Shown: positions 39,901-52,933 of the stretch, piece by piece | How positions within the stretch are numbered: position 1 is the stretch's first letter | How the letters are laid out: every line of letters begins with the position of its first letter | Origin: Felis catus | Taxonomy: Eukaryota | DNA: 64,000 nt | Assembly (NCBI RefSeq): GCF_018350175.1 | Contig: NC_058373.1 | Span: forward strand, 108,192,001 to 108,256,000 | Direction of reading: 5' to 3' | Program-made: the position numbers and the translations under genes | Notes under the pieces: model-generated | Told to the model about the DNA's origin: nothing | Databases searched by the model: none | Seen by the model: the letters and a program-made list of their open reading frames with translations, nothing else

Positions 39901-40764
39901 TCGCTGCGTCCCAAAGCGTTTGGATTGTTGTATTTTCATTTTCGTTTGTTTCCATATATTTTTAAATTTCTTCTCTAATTGCCTGGCGGACCCATTCATT
40001 CTTTAGTAGGGTGTTCTTTAACCTCCATGCTTTTGGAGGTTTTCCAGGCTTTTTCCTGTGGTTGATTTCAAGCTTCATAGCATTGTGGTCTGAAAGTATG
40101 CATGGTATGATCTCAATTCTTGTATACTTATGAAGGGCTGTTTTGTGACCCAGTATGTGATCTATCTTGGAGAATGTTCCATGTACACTCGAGAAGAAAG
40201 TATATTCTGTTGGCTTTGGGATGCAGAGTTCTAAATATATCTGTCAAGTCCATCTGATCCAATGTATCATTCAGGGCCCTTGTTTCTTTATTGACCGTGT
40301 GTCTAGATGATCTATCCATTTCTGTAAGTGAAGTGTTAAAGTCCCCTGCAATTACCACATTCTTATCAATAAGGTTGCTTATGTTTGTGAGTTGTTGTTT
40401 TATATATTTGGGGGCTCCTGTATTTGGCACATAGACATTTATAATTGTTAGCTCTTCCTGATGGATAGACCCTGTAATTATTATATAATGCCCTTCTTCA
40501 TCTCGTGTTACAGCCTTTAAAGTCTAGTTTGTCTGATACAAGTATGGCTACTCCAGCTCTTTTGACTTCCAGTAGCATGATAAATAGTTCTCCATCCCCT
40601 CACTTTCAATCTGAAGGTGTCCTCAGGTCTAAAATGAGTCTCTTGTAGACAGCAAATGGATGGGTCTTGTTTTTTATTCATTCTGATACCCTATGTCTTT
40701 TGGTTGGCACATTTAGTCCATTTACGTTCAGTGTTATTGTAGAAAGATATGGGTTTAGAGTCAT
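36948..40764 (-). pseudogene. L1 ORF2 (EN-RT-Cys), frameshifted
   Basis: Starts MTLNPYLSTITLNVNGLN at 40764; fragments 40128-40430, 38885-39955, 36948-38777 (FADD motif); frameshifts near 40210 and 38893. Confidence 0.93.
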
Positions 40765-40814
40765 TGTGATGTCTGTAGGTTTCATGCTTGTAGCGATGTC
40801 TCTGGTGTTTTGTC

Positions 40815-41694
40815 TCACAGGATCCCCCTTAGGATCTCTTGTAGGGCTGGTTTAGTGGTGACGAATTCCTTCAGTTTTTGTTTGTTTGGGAAGACCTTTA
40901 TCTCTCCTTCTATTCTAAATGACAGACTTGCTGGATAAAGGATTCTCGGCTGCATATTTTTTCTGTTCATCACATTGAAGATCTCCTGCCATTCCTTTCT
41001 GGCCTTCCAAGTTTCAGTAGAGAGATCTGTCACGAGTCTTATCGGTCTCCCTTTATATATTAGAGCACGTTTATCCCTAGCTGCTTTCAGAATTTTCTCT
41101 TTATCCTTGTATTTTGCCAGTTTCACTATGATATGTCATGCAGAAGATCGATTCAAGTTACGTCTGAAGGGAGTTCTCTGTGGCTCATGGATTTCAATGC
41201 CTTTTTCCTTCCCCAGATCAGGAAAGTTCTCAGCTATTATTTCTTCAAGTACCCCTTCAGCACCTTTCCCTCTCTCTTCCTCCTCTGGAATACCAATTAT
41301 GTGTATATTATTTCTCTTTAGTGCATCACTTAGTTCTCTAATTTTCCCCTCATACTCCTGGATTTTTTAATCTCTTTCTCAGCTTCCTCTTTTTCCATAA
41401 TTTTATCTTCTAGTTCACCTATTCTCTCCTCTGCCTCTTCAATCTGAGCCGTGGTTGTCTCTATTTTATTTTGCAGTTCATTTATAGCATTTTTTAGCCC
41501 CTCCTGACTGTTCCTTAGTCCCTTGATCTCTGTAGCAATAGATTCTCTGCTCTACTCTATACTGTTTTCAAACCCAGTGATTAATTTTATGACTATTATT
41601 CTAAATTCACTTTGTTGTTTAAATCGTTTTTGATCAGTTCATTAGCTGTCGCTATTTCCTGGAGTTTCTTTTGAGGGGAATTCTTCTGTTTCAT
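40815..41694 (-). pseudogene. L1 ORF1, disrupted
   Basis: C-terminal ORF1 peptide KDKEKILKAAR...PRILYPASLSF; TGA near 41137; start position inferred. Confidence 0.85.
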
Positions 41695-42625
41695 CACTTT
41701 GGATAGTTCCTGGAGTGGTGCGGAACTACGGGGCACTTCCCCTGTGCTGTCTTGAATAACTTGCGTGGTGGGTGGGGCCGGCAGTCAGACCTGATGTCTG
41801 CCCCCAGCCCACCGCTGGGGCCACAGTCAGACTGGTGTGTGCCTTCTCTTCCCCTCTCCTAGGGGCGGGATTCACTGAGGGGTGGCGTGGCCCATCTGGG
41901 CTACTTGCACACTGCCAGGCTTGTGGTGCTGGGGATCTGGCGTATTAGCTGGGGTGGATCGGCAAGGTGCACAGGGGCAGGAGGGGCAGGCTCAGCTCAC
42001 TTATCCTTCGGTGATCCACTTTGGGAGGGGCCCTGCAGCACCAGGAGGGAGTCAGACCCACCGCGGGAGGGATGGATCTGCAGAAGCACAGCGTTGGGTG
42101 TTCGCGTGGTGCAAGCAAGTTCCCTGGCAGGAACTGGTTCCCTTTGGGATTTTGGCTGGGGGATGGGTGAGGGAGATGGCGCTGGTGAGTGCCTTTGTTC
42201 CCCGCCAAGCTGAGCTCTGTTGTCAGGGGCTCAACAACTCTCCCTCCCGTTGTCCTCTAGCCTTCCCGCTCTCCGAGCAGAGCTGTTAACTTATAACCTT
42301 CCAGATGTCAAGTCCCGCTTGCTGTCAGAACGCACTCCCTCCAGCCCCTCCGCTTTTGCAAGCCAGACTCGGGGGCTCTGTTTGGCTGGCAGGACGCCCC
42401 TCCTCCCCGGCTCCCTCCCACCAGTCCATGTAGTGCGCACCACCTCTCTGCCCTCCCTACCCTCTTCCATGGGCCTCTTTTCTGCGCTTGCCTCCAGAGA
42501 ATCGATTCTGCTAGTCTTTTGGTGGTTTTCTGGGTTATTTAGGCAGGTGTAGGTGGAATCTGGGTGATCAGCATGACGTGGTGAGCCCAGCGTCCTCCTA
42601 TGCCGCCATCTTCCCCTCTCACCCC

Positions 42626-42830
42626 TTAACATTTATTTTTGAGAGAGAGAGAGAGAGAGACAGAGTGCAAGCAGGGAAGAGGCAGAGAGAGAGGGAGACA
42701 CAGAATCCAAAGCAGGCTCCAGGCTCTGAGCTGTCAGCACAGAGCACTATGTGGGGCTCCAACTCATGAACTGTGAGATCATGACCTGAGCCAACTTCGG
42801 ACGCTTAACCAACTGAGCCACCCAGGCGCC
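42626..42830 (-). mobile_element. Can-SINE body whose tail (~36655-36706) was separated by the L1 insertion
   Basis: Tail interrupted exactly at the duplicated ttaacatttattttt. Confidence 0.85.
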
Positions 42831-43924
42831 ACAATACAAGTATGTAGTTTAAAAAGTCTAATACTACTACAGAGCTCATATAACCCAGCAGTCTCCTACT
42901 CCATGACTTCCACCCCAGAATTCCTAATCCATCTTTAACTTTTTCTCTTTATCTTTTCTGGTGTTTACTTGGAATTTTGACACTGTTGTTTGTTATTGTC
43001 TTCCAGCTTTTGATATTCTTGATCATGGAAGGTTTTAGGACTTTCTATCCCTGGAGTTTTGAAATTTCATGATAATGTAACTTGGTGTGGGTCTTTTTTT
43101 TTCCATCACTGCCCTTGGCTTTCAGGGCAGGCTCCTTTCAATCTGATAGGCTTCAGTTATGAGGAGTTTTTTATATTGTTTCTTTGATAGTATTTTTGCT
43201 GCATTCTTGCTTTTTCTCTTGAATTTTCATTTTCTTATTTTTGTTTTCTGTTTTCAATCCCTGTTTTCAGGAAGTCTGTCTAAACTTTGTCTTCTGAACC
43301 ATTATTTGAATTGTTTATTTCTGCTGACCTTTTTTTATTGCTAAGATTTTTTTTTCTTCTCTGAATCTTTTCTTACTTAAAAAAATTTTTTTTTCTGGAG
43401 GCACTATCTTTATCTTTTATCTGTTTGAGGATATTACAGTGTTTTGAAGTTTCCTCCTTTCTCCCTAGAGTTCCTATTTTTGTTTATTTTGATCTCTTTC
43501 ATTTTGGTGGCTTTGTTGAAATGTTTGAAGAGCCTTAGATCATATTTAAGAGTGGTCATATAGAGCTACAACTTTTAGCCTCAGTATTTCTTTTCCTTGG
43601 ATCTGGTCATTTTTACCAGACAGCTTGTCTGCGGGAAGGAGAGGTAAAGAAACCAGGCTGCCAATATTTTGGGGGCCTACAGAGAGAGTCCCTCAAGAGG
43701 CTTACCGTTCCTTATGCAGATTTCACCTAACTCCTGGGTTGTCAGTGAGAGACTCTGTCCCCTTCTTCTGTTACACCATTCCTCAACCCTGCAGCTTAGC
43801 CTCTCCAGAGAGCAAGCCTCCTGTTTTCTGAAGGAGGTCAGTTGTTGAGTTTTGAGGTTGGGAAATAAGACACAATTACTTCTGTAGATTTTCAGCCTAT
43901 CTGCCATTTTTGTTGTCCTATTTC

Positions 43925-44148
43925 TTTTTTTTTTTTTTTTTTTAATGTTTATTTAGTTTTGAGAGAGAGAGGGACACAAAGTGTGAGTAGGGGAGGGGCA
44001 GAAAGAGAGGGAGACACAGAATGCAAAGCAGGCTCCAGGCTCTAAGCTGTCAGCATAGAGCCTGATGCAAGGCTTCAACTCATGAACTGTGAGATCATGA
44101 CCTGAGCCAAAGTCAGACACTTAACCAACTGAGCCACCCAGGCTCCCC
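43925..44148 (-). mobile_element. SINEC_Fc
   Basis: TSD tttgttgtcc[t/c]atttct. Confidence 0.93.
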
Positions 44149-45560
44149 TTTGTTGTCCCATTTCTGATGAATAATTCCTGATCCACTTGGGTCAGCTTGC
44201 TTTCTAGTAACTTCCTCAATATAGACAATTAGATTTCAAATTTCTTCATTCACTTCAATCAGCTACCACTCACTGTTTCTACTGCTAAAATTTTTTTAGC
44301 AGCTGCATTGTTTTCTGTTAGCTCTGTTTTGTGAATTTATTCATTTTTAGCTTCTTACTTTCATGTTAGTGGCATTTTAGGAGAGAGCACTGATAAACTT
44401 ATGTGCTCAGTCCCATATTTTTCCCTGTTTTTTTTTTTTCATGAATCCAAGAATGTCTGTATTCTGTGGGAAATTACTATCATTTTACTAGTTGTAGAAA
44501 TGAAAAGGAATAAAAAAAGTTAAAAGTGACTGTAGATTTGTTAAGCGTTACATATAGGTATCTCACAGTAAATTGAGTACAAAATATTGTTGAACAAAGA
44601 ACAACAAATTAATTAATCCAAATTGTTTTAAACCAGAACTGTTTCCGTATAATATAGTGTCAATTGATATTTAATGTGTATCTTTAGACATTATGAAATA
44701 CTTTTTAAAAGTTATTAAAGAATTACATTATAATTCCCATAAAGTGTTAATAGAGTGTCATAGCATAGCTGCAGATTTTTTCTTTATTGAGACACAATTA
44801 ACATATAATGCATGATAGTTTTTAAACAATTGTTAATACCTGCACTGCATATATGGCATTAACTGAAAACTGTGAGAACTCTGCTTAAGCAAGTAAGGGA
44901 ATTCATTGACTGATGAAACTAAAATGTCCTTGCACCGTCCCTCCATTTCTTACCTGCTGTGTTGCTTTTACTCTCTTCAAGTGTTCTTCCTGACAGCCCT
45001 CTTTGCCGTGGTCCCAGCTTTAGGTTCAATAGAAAGGGAGAATTTTCCTTCCTGAGAGTTAACTAGAACTCTAAAATGGAGTTATTCTGGCCATGATAGA
45101 GATCACATGCCCAAAATCAGTGGCCATGGGAATGTGAAACTTTTGACAAGGTCAGCGGCACATACCTGGAACCAGGCATAAAGTAGTTCCACTCAAAACA
45201 TATGGTGGTAACTAGGGAACATAAATGTTATTAGAAGAAAGGAAAAATAGGTTATTAGTAAGAAAGAGTACTCATCCTTTACACCTGTTTCCCAGCCATG
45301 CAACTACAACTACATTTTAACCCAACAACTACATTTTTCACCCAGTTTGAGTAGTTGCTGATGACAGTCCAGAGAGGCTTTCCTATTGTAAAGATAAAAG
45401 AGTATATATATGCAACAAGTGTTAAGCCAGCATTATGGTAAAGTACTTTATGATTTTTATTTTTCCTCCTCTTTGATTGTATATGCTTCTTCCCTAAATT
45501 ATCCATCAGTTGGATTCATTTTGTGATTCATTGTGGTTAATTGGATTTCTCACTCTCAAG

Positions 45561-45711
45561 GCATCCAAGTCAAGGAGGCACCGTCAAGTCAAACTTGACT
45601 CTTCTGACTCTGATTCTGCATCTGGTCAAGGACAGATCAAAGCAACTAGGAAAAAAAGAAATAAAGAAACATTGAAATCAGCAGGAAGGAAGATGTCTTC
45701 CAAAAACAGAG
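45561..45711 (+). CDS. SNAPC1: SNAPC1 exon 8
   Basis: caag|GCATCC...AGAG|gtaact; 151 nt; ASKSRRHRQVKLDSSDSDSASGQGQ... Confidence 0.95.
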
Positions 45712-45829
45712 GTAACTTTTTAAAGTCTTTTCGAGACTCAACAAGGGATAATGGGTCTTATTCAAAGCCTCCCCTTACCATTTTTTTTAAAGTTATATTC
45801 CTATTTTATTTTAATTTTTAAAAAATTCT

Positions 45830-46043
45830 TTATTTAAAAAATTTTTTAAGTTCATTTATTTATTTTGAGGGAGAGAGAGAGAAAGAGAAAGAATGACATA
45901 GGGAAAGGGAGAGAGAGAATCCTAAGCAGGCTCCATGCTGTCAGCACAGAGCCCAATGCAGGGCTCAAACTCACAAACTGAGATCATGACCTGAGCTGAA
46001 ATCAAGAGTTGGACACTTAACCAGCTGAGCCACGCAGGCACAC
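45830..46043 (-). mobile_element. Can-SINE
   Basis: Typical head, (GA)n and T tail. Confidence 0.88.
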
Positions 46044-47059
46044 CTATATTATTCTTTTAAAATATGTATGTTGTGTGATAATTATGGCCTTAGACAATTT
46101 TGCAGAACAAATACATCCAATGAAAACTGGACAAATTTACAAAGATAAACATGAGGCTAATAAAGCTATTACATCATATCAAACTTACCTATTTTTTCTT
46201 TATTAAAAAGGATTAGGCACTTGTTTGAGAACCTTGTGAGATTTAATATAAAAAATAAATTAGTTATCTTAGATTCTTAGAATCTTACTGCTGAAAGGGA
46301 CTCTAGGAGTCATCAAATTCATCATTTCATAGACGATGAGATTCAGTTCAGGTCCATACAGATTAAATAACTTGTCCAAAAGTCATGTAGCTATATAATT
46401 ATAGAATAAGTCTAGAATTATCCAGAGCATACTTTATTAGTAATTTTTGTGTGTGAAATAATGTATTCTATAAACTGTATTTCCCTTTAGCTGCATTAGT
46501 TAAGATTCACCTTTTCTTTTAAAATAGTGTGTCTATAAAATTAACCTTGGTATGTGATTCCTAAAGAAATTACATTTTAATAGTTTAATTTTTAAGAAAT
46601 TACATTAAGTATTACATATTCACCATACATACACACATAGCAGACTCAGGAGAAAAAAAAAAAAAGCATTAGAAGCATTAGTAAATATTCAGTCTAGTAT
46701 AAAACACTCCCAGCTTCTAGAGCAGTATATGAAAATATGTTACAGCCTTTTAGCATTGTTTTCCTTTTTATACTGAGGCAGTAGAAGGGGAATTGAAGTT
46801 AAATTCCTTTAACATAGTTCAGATATGATTAAGTTCAGTAACAGTTGCTTGAAGAACACTGAGCATTCAGAGGAACAGATACCGTATTTGTTAAGGATAA
46901 TCAGGAAATACTTCAAAAGCAGATTTCTTTAGTTCTTTTTTACAAGGCTAGCAGATATTGGGAAGAGAACTGTTAGACCAATCTCACTTATAAGTATTAC
47001 TGATAAGAAAATTCCTGTTACATGTATCAGAAGAATCCCAGATATAAAACAACTTGACT

Positions 47060-47272
47060 GGGGTACCTGGGTGACTCAGTGGGTTAAGTGTCCAACTCTT
47101 GATTTTGGCTCAGGTCATGATCTCATAGTTCTAGAGAATCAAGCCCTGTGTCGGGCTGTGTGCAGACAACCTGTTTGGGATTCTGTCTCTCCCTCTGTCT
47201 CTGCCCCCAGCCCCACTCACACATGCTCTCTCTCTCAAAATAAACATTAAAAAAAAAAAAGAAAAAAAAAAA
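47060..47272 (+). mobile_element. Can-SINE
   Basis: Head ggggtacctgggtgactcag; poly(A). Confidence 0.88.
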
Positions 47273-47444
47273 CACCTTGGTGCATTCATTCCAGGATGCA
47301 GGGATGGTGCAATTAGGAATCTCAATATAATTTGCCATATAAATAGGTTAAAGAGGAAAATGTAAATTCATTATAACACTTACCCAAGAAGATGTTTGAT
47401 AAAATCTAGCATCCATTCTTGATTAAAAGAAGAATCCTCTAAAT

Positions 47445-47659
47445 TAGGGGGTTAGCAAAACTGTTGTAAAGGGCCAGGGGGTAAATATTTTAGGCTTCAT
47501 GGGCTGTCTGATTTCTGTCACATCTACTCAATTCTGCCATCGTAAGGTGAAAGTAACTACAGACAATATATAAATAAATGAGTGTGTTTCAAAAAAAGTG
47601 TGTTACAAAAACAGGTGGTAGGCCAGATTTAGCCTGGGTCCATAGTTTGTCAATCCCTG
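47445..47659 (+). mobile_element. MER58-like hAT-Charlie MITE
   Basis: Imperfect TIRs agggggttagcaaaac...gtttgtcaatccctg; internal gtaaatattttaggctt motif. Confidence 0.75.
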
Positions 47660-47899
47660 CTCCAGATAAAAGAAGTAGATGGTTATTTCTTTAACTCAGT
47701 TTTAAAAAGTGTATGTCAAAAGGCCACCTCATGTTTGTTGGTAATATATAGAAGTATCACAATTGTATTTAATATTGATCTTGAAGGGCTAGGCCTATTA
47801 GTATAATTAGGCAGGAGAGTGAAGTGAGATATGCTTTTTTATAAAGGTTATAAAATTACCATGATTTATAAATGACTGATTTTATGTTTAAAAGTATCT

Positions 47900-48122
47900 T
47901 TTTTTTAAATTTTTTTTTTCAACGTTTATTTATTTTTGGGACAGAGAGAGACAGAGCATGAACGGGGGAGGGGCAGAGAGAGAGGGAGACACAGAATCGG
48001 AAACAGGCTCCAGGCTCTGAGCCATCAGCCCAGAGCCTGACACAGGGCTCGAACTCACGGACCACGAGATCGTGACCTGGCCGAAGTCGGACGCCCAACC
48101 GACTGCACCACCCAGGCGCCCC
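47900..48122 (-). mobile_element. Young SINEC_Fc
   Basis: TSD tatgtttaaaagtatctt. Confidence 0.95.
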
Positions 48123-48250
48123 TATGTTTAAAAGTATCTTAAAGAGAATTCACTGAAAAGAAAATAGTAACAAAAAATTTAGTAAGGTAAGGGATACTAC
48201 TGTGGACCTTACAGAAATTAAGAGGACAATAAATAAAAATTGGGAATACC

Positions 48251-48648
48251 TTTTTTAAAAAATATTTATTTATTTTTAAAAAAAAATTTTTTTTTCAACG
48301 TTTATTTATTTTTGGGACAGAGAGAGACAGAGCATGAACGGGGGAGGGGCAGAGAGAGAGGGAGACACAGAATCGGAAACAGGCTCCAGGCTCTGAGCCA
48401 TCATCAGCACAGAGCCCGACGCGGGGCTGGAACTCCCGGACCGCGAGATCGTGACCTGGCTGAAGTCGGACGCTTAACCGACTACGCCACCCAGGCGCCC
48501 CAAAAAATATTTATTTATTTTGATAGAGAATGTGTGAGTGGGAAAGAGGCAGAGCCTGATGTGAGGCTTGATCCCCAAACCATGAGATCTTGAGCTGAGC
48601 TAAAATCAAGAGCTGGACACTCAACTGACTGAGCCACCCAGGTGTCCC
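48251..48648 (-). mobile_element. Young SINEC_Fc (~48275-48501) nested in the tail of an older Can-SINE
   Basis: Inner TSD aaaaatatttatttattt; outer gaatac(c)tttt duplication. Confidence 0.88.
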
Positions 48649-48649
48649 T

Positions 48650-51200
48650 GAATACTTTTGTGCCAATAAGTTAGATAGCTTAGATAAAATGGATATATTT
48701 TTTAAAAGACATTTCCAAAACCAATACAAGAAGAAATAGAGAATCTGAGTAGTTCTATGTTTACTAAAAAATTAAATTCCCAGATGGCTTTGCTGGGAAT
48801 TCTAGCAAACACTTAAGAAAGGAATACTGTCAATCCTGTTCTTTCTGAAAAAAACAAGAAAGAACACTTACCAGCTTATTGATACTATAAGAAAAGACAA
48901 CTAAAGACCAATATCCCTCATGAAAGTAAATGTAAAAATCCTTACAAACTGTTAGCAAGTTGAATCCAACAGTATATTAAAAGGACAATTTGGTAGGACA
49001 AACTAAGGTTTATCCCAGGAATATCAGGCTGGTTTATTTAGGAAATAAACCAACATAATTCACCAAATTAGCAGAATAAAGGAGAAGGACTATATAATCA
49101 TCTCAATAGATACAGACAAAATATTTGACAAAATCCAGCATCTACTCATGATAAAAGCTCTGGGAAAATTAGCGTTAGAAGGGAACTTCCTCACCCTGAT
49201 AAAGGACTTCTGTGAAAAACTGTAACTAACATCATACTTAATGGTGAGACCATACTTTTCCCCTAAAATTGGAAACAAGGCAGGGATGACCGCTTGTTGC
49301 TCCTCTTACACATCATACTGGAGGTCCTAGCCAGTGAAGTAAGGCAAGAAAAGGAAGAATAGACATTAGATTGGAAAGGAAGAAATAATACTATGTCTGT
49401 TTGCAAATGAAATTATTTCTTACACAGAAACTCTCAAAAAAATCTACACAGTAGCTACCAGAACTAATAAGTGAGTTTAACGAGGTCACAAGGTACAGGG
49501 TTAGTATTTCTCTGTACTAGCAATGGAATAATTGTTAATTGAAAAAAATGTTAAAAAGTATAACACCCAAAACACCCAATAACACCCAAAACACAAAATA
49601 CCGTGGTATATAGGTATACAGGTATATACCGTGGTATATAGGTAACAACATATGTTCAGGATCTGCATGCTGAAAACTACAAAACGAAAGAAATCAGAAA
49701 AATTAAGCAAATAGAGGGATAATATGGACTTCATGGATTATTAGACCCAATACGTTAAGAGTCAACTAATCCCAAATTGTTCTGTAGCTTAAATGGAATC
49801 CCAATAGTTATTTTTTATAAATTAACAAGCTAATTCTTAAGAATATAGGGAAATGAAGAGAAACCAGAGTAGCCAAAACAGTTTTGAGAAATAACTGTAA
49901 AGCTTCAGAAATCAAGACTGTGCTCTCTGCAAAAAGACAGACATACAAGGTAATGGAAAAGAATGAGACATCCTAGAAATAGATCCATACTTCAATTTTA
50001 TATTCATATGCAAAAAACAGACCCTCAACTCATACCTCTCATCATTTACAGAAATTAATTTAAAATGATCACAGACCTAAATATAAAACCTAAAATTATG
50101 AAACTTATAGACAAAAACATAGAAAATGTGGTCTTAGATTGGGCAAAGACTTTTATACATGACATAATAAATACAAGCCATAAAGGGAAAAAATTGACAA
50201 ATTGGACTTGCCTCAAATTAAAATTCTTTGGAAGACACTGTTAAGAAAACGAAAATACCAGACTACAGACTGGATAAAATATTTGTAAAATACAGACCTG
50301 ATGGAGGTCTTGTATCCAAATATATAAAGAACCATCCAAACTTAATAATAAACAAACAACCCAATTAAAAAATGGGCAAAAGATTTGAGCAGACACTTTG
50401 AAAAGAATATATAGATGACAAATAAACATATCAAAAGATGTTTGACATCTTATAGTTATTAGGAATACAAATTAAAAGCATAGTGACATTCTATTTTCCC
50501 TGTTGGAATGGCTACAAAAAACAAAAAACAAAACAAAAAAATTGGCAATAACAAAAGCTGATAAGGACACAAAACAGTTTGAACCTTTGTACATTTCTGG
50601 TGGGAATCCAGAATGGTGTATAATCACTTTAGAAGACTGGCAGTTTCTAATAAAGTTAAACACACAACTTAACCATAAGACCCAGGAGTCCTACTACTCC
50701 TTGGTATTTACCCAAGAGAAATGAAAAATTATATATTCACATAAAAATTTGTATGTAAAAGTTTATAATGGTTTCATTCATAATTGTGAAAGATTGTAGA
50801 CAGCTTATATATCTTCAACTGGTCATTGGATAAACCAACCGTGGAGTAAGCATCCAGTGGATACTATGCAGGAATAAAGAAACTACTGATAACATGTATT
50901 AGCATGGGCGACTCATATGCATTGTGCTAAATACGGTGCTAAATACATGAAGGAAGACAGATATAAAAGGCATATAAGACATTCTGGAAAAGGCAAATCT
51001 GTAGGGGCAGAAAACATTACTGGTTGCTAGGAACTGAGGGTGGAGGGAGGTGTTGACTACAAAAGGGCACAAGGGAAATTTTCGATGTGATAGAAGTGTT
51101 CTGTATGGTAATCACACAACTGCATTGTCCAAACTCCCTAAACCTGTAACTGAAAATGGTGACTCTTGTTATATGTAAACAATACTTCAACAACCAAAAC
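48650..51200 (+). mobile_element. Old degenerate L1M (ORF2 + 3'UTR) in SNAPC1 intron 8
   Basis: agaccaatatccctcatgaa, atctcaatagatacagacaaaatatttgacaaaatcca, aatgggcaaaagatttgagcagacac; no intact ORF. Confidence 0.85.
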
Positions 51201-51420
51201 AAAACCAAATGAGAGGACATAAAGAAAAGACTGATTAGTTTGATTATATGTAAAAATTCTGGAAGATTAAGACTTTTTTTCTAAGGTACCAAAGAGAACT
51301 TAGGTTTCAAAAGCTGCAGGAGCATTTTTTATTAGTAATCAACCTTCACACGAGTGCAGAGAGAGGTCAACTGACCAGGCTGCTTTCTTAAACCCCTAAA
51401 AAACAGGTAGTGAAATAGGG

Positions 51421-51441
51421 TGTGTGTGTGTGTGTGTGTGT
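51421..51441. repeat. (TG)10 microsatellite
   Basis: Direct reading. Confidence 0.9.
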
Positions 51442-51500
51442 TTAATGTAGTTGAGGAACAAAGGAGAAGCAAGTGCAAGATGGGAAAGAAATTAAAGTGG

Positions 51501-51686
51501 TTTTTTTTTAATGTTTATTTTTAAGAGAGGGAGAGGGGGAGGTGCAGAGAAAGGGGGAGGGCAGAGGATATAAAGCGGGATCTGCACTGACAGCACAGAG
51601 GCCGATGCGGGGCTCCAACTTACGAACTGTGAGGTCAGTGACCTGAGCTGGTCAGATGCTCAACTGACTGAGCCACCTAGGCGTCT
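51501..51686 (-). mobile_element. Can-SINE
   Basis: Typical head and tail. Confidence 0.85.
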
Positions 51687-52694
51687 CAATGAAAGTTTCT
51701 TTTCATCTTAAATATTTGGCAGGTGTAACTTATGAAATATCACTTCCTTCACTAACTGTATTTTATTACTTAATGTAGTTGAAACATTTTCATCACCTCT
51801 GAAATTAACTTTAAGAACTGGTTCTTTATCACATCCAAGATTTGTTACTGAATTTACTTAGAAGTATTAGGGAGGATTTAACCCATGAGAAAGAAAGTGG
51901 CTCAGAAGGTATTGTAAATACTCTGAAGCAGAGGTGGTTTGTTAGTCTGTATGTTAATTGAGGTCCATCTGCTTACTTCATAGTTTCTTTTTAATCAAAA
52001 ATTCATTTCCCTAATGTGAAAGGGTATTTTTGATTTCATGCTCTTTCCAAGAGACACCTTAATTCTATAAAATGCAAAAGAGTTTGTAAAACTACTTGCA
52101 GCACATATAATAATGTTAACCTTTCTAATTTTAGGGAGCTCTTACCAATTAGTAACAAAAGGGCCACCACTCAGTAGAACAATTGGCTTAGGAGATGAGC
52201 AGGCAATTCACAAAGTGCAGTCAACATGCATATGAAGAGATATTTAATCTCAATAATTAATATAAATTAAAATATGATTTTTGTATAATTTGTTAGATTG
52301 GCAAAGGTTAAGTATAAGTGAATACCCACTGATAGTGAATGTGTGAAGATGTAGAATCTGAATTTAAGTGGGAGTATAAATTGGCACATCCTTTTCAGAC
52401 AGCAGTTTGGAATCATCTGTCAAAATTTTAAAGGTATGTGTCTTTCAACGTAGCAATTTAATTTCTTGGAATTTATCCTTTATAAGTGACAAAAATAGGA
52501 CATTCACTCCAGGATTATTTGAAATGGCAAGTACTAAACAACTCAAATGTATAACATTAAAAAGTTGGGTATATAAATTTGTCAGCCCATATAAAAGAAT
52601 ATTTTGCAGTTATTAAGAAGCTAGAGAAAGTTCTATGTATACTGACATGAAAATATGTTCAAAATCTATCAAGACATTGCTTAGTAAAAATGTT

Positions 52695-52933
52695 TTTTTA
52701 TTTTTTTTAATTTTAAAGACTTTTTTTTTTTAAGTTTATTTGAGAGAGAGAGAGAGAGAGAGCGAGAAAGCATGGGAGGGGTAGAGAGACAGGGAGAGAG
52801 AGACAGAATCCCAAGCAGGCTCTGCACTGTCACTGTGGAGTCCAGTGCAGGGCTTGATCCTGCCAACTGTGAGATTGACCTGAGCCAAAACCAAGAGTTG
52901 GACGCTAAACTGACCAAATCACCCATGTGCCCC
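52695..52933 (-). mobile_element. Can-SINE
   Basis: Typical head, (GA)n and T tail. Confidence 0.87.

Larger units (their letters stand above)
36707..42625 (-). mobile_element. Full-length (~5.9 kb) felid LINE-1, inactive, antisense in SNAPC1 intron 7
   Basis: 5' end GGGGTGAGAGGGGAAGATGGCGG (YY1 motif), GC-rich 5'UTR, ORF1, ORF2, 3'UTR, A-rich tail; 15-bp TSD ttaa[t/c]atttattttt at 36692-36706 and 42626-42640. Confidence 0.97.
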
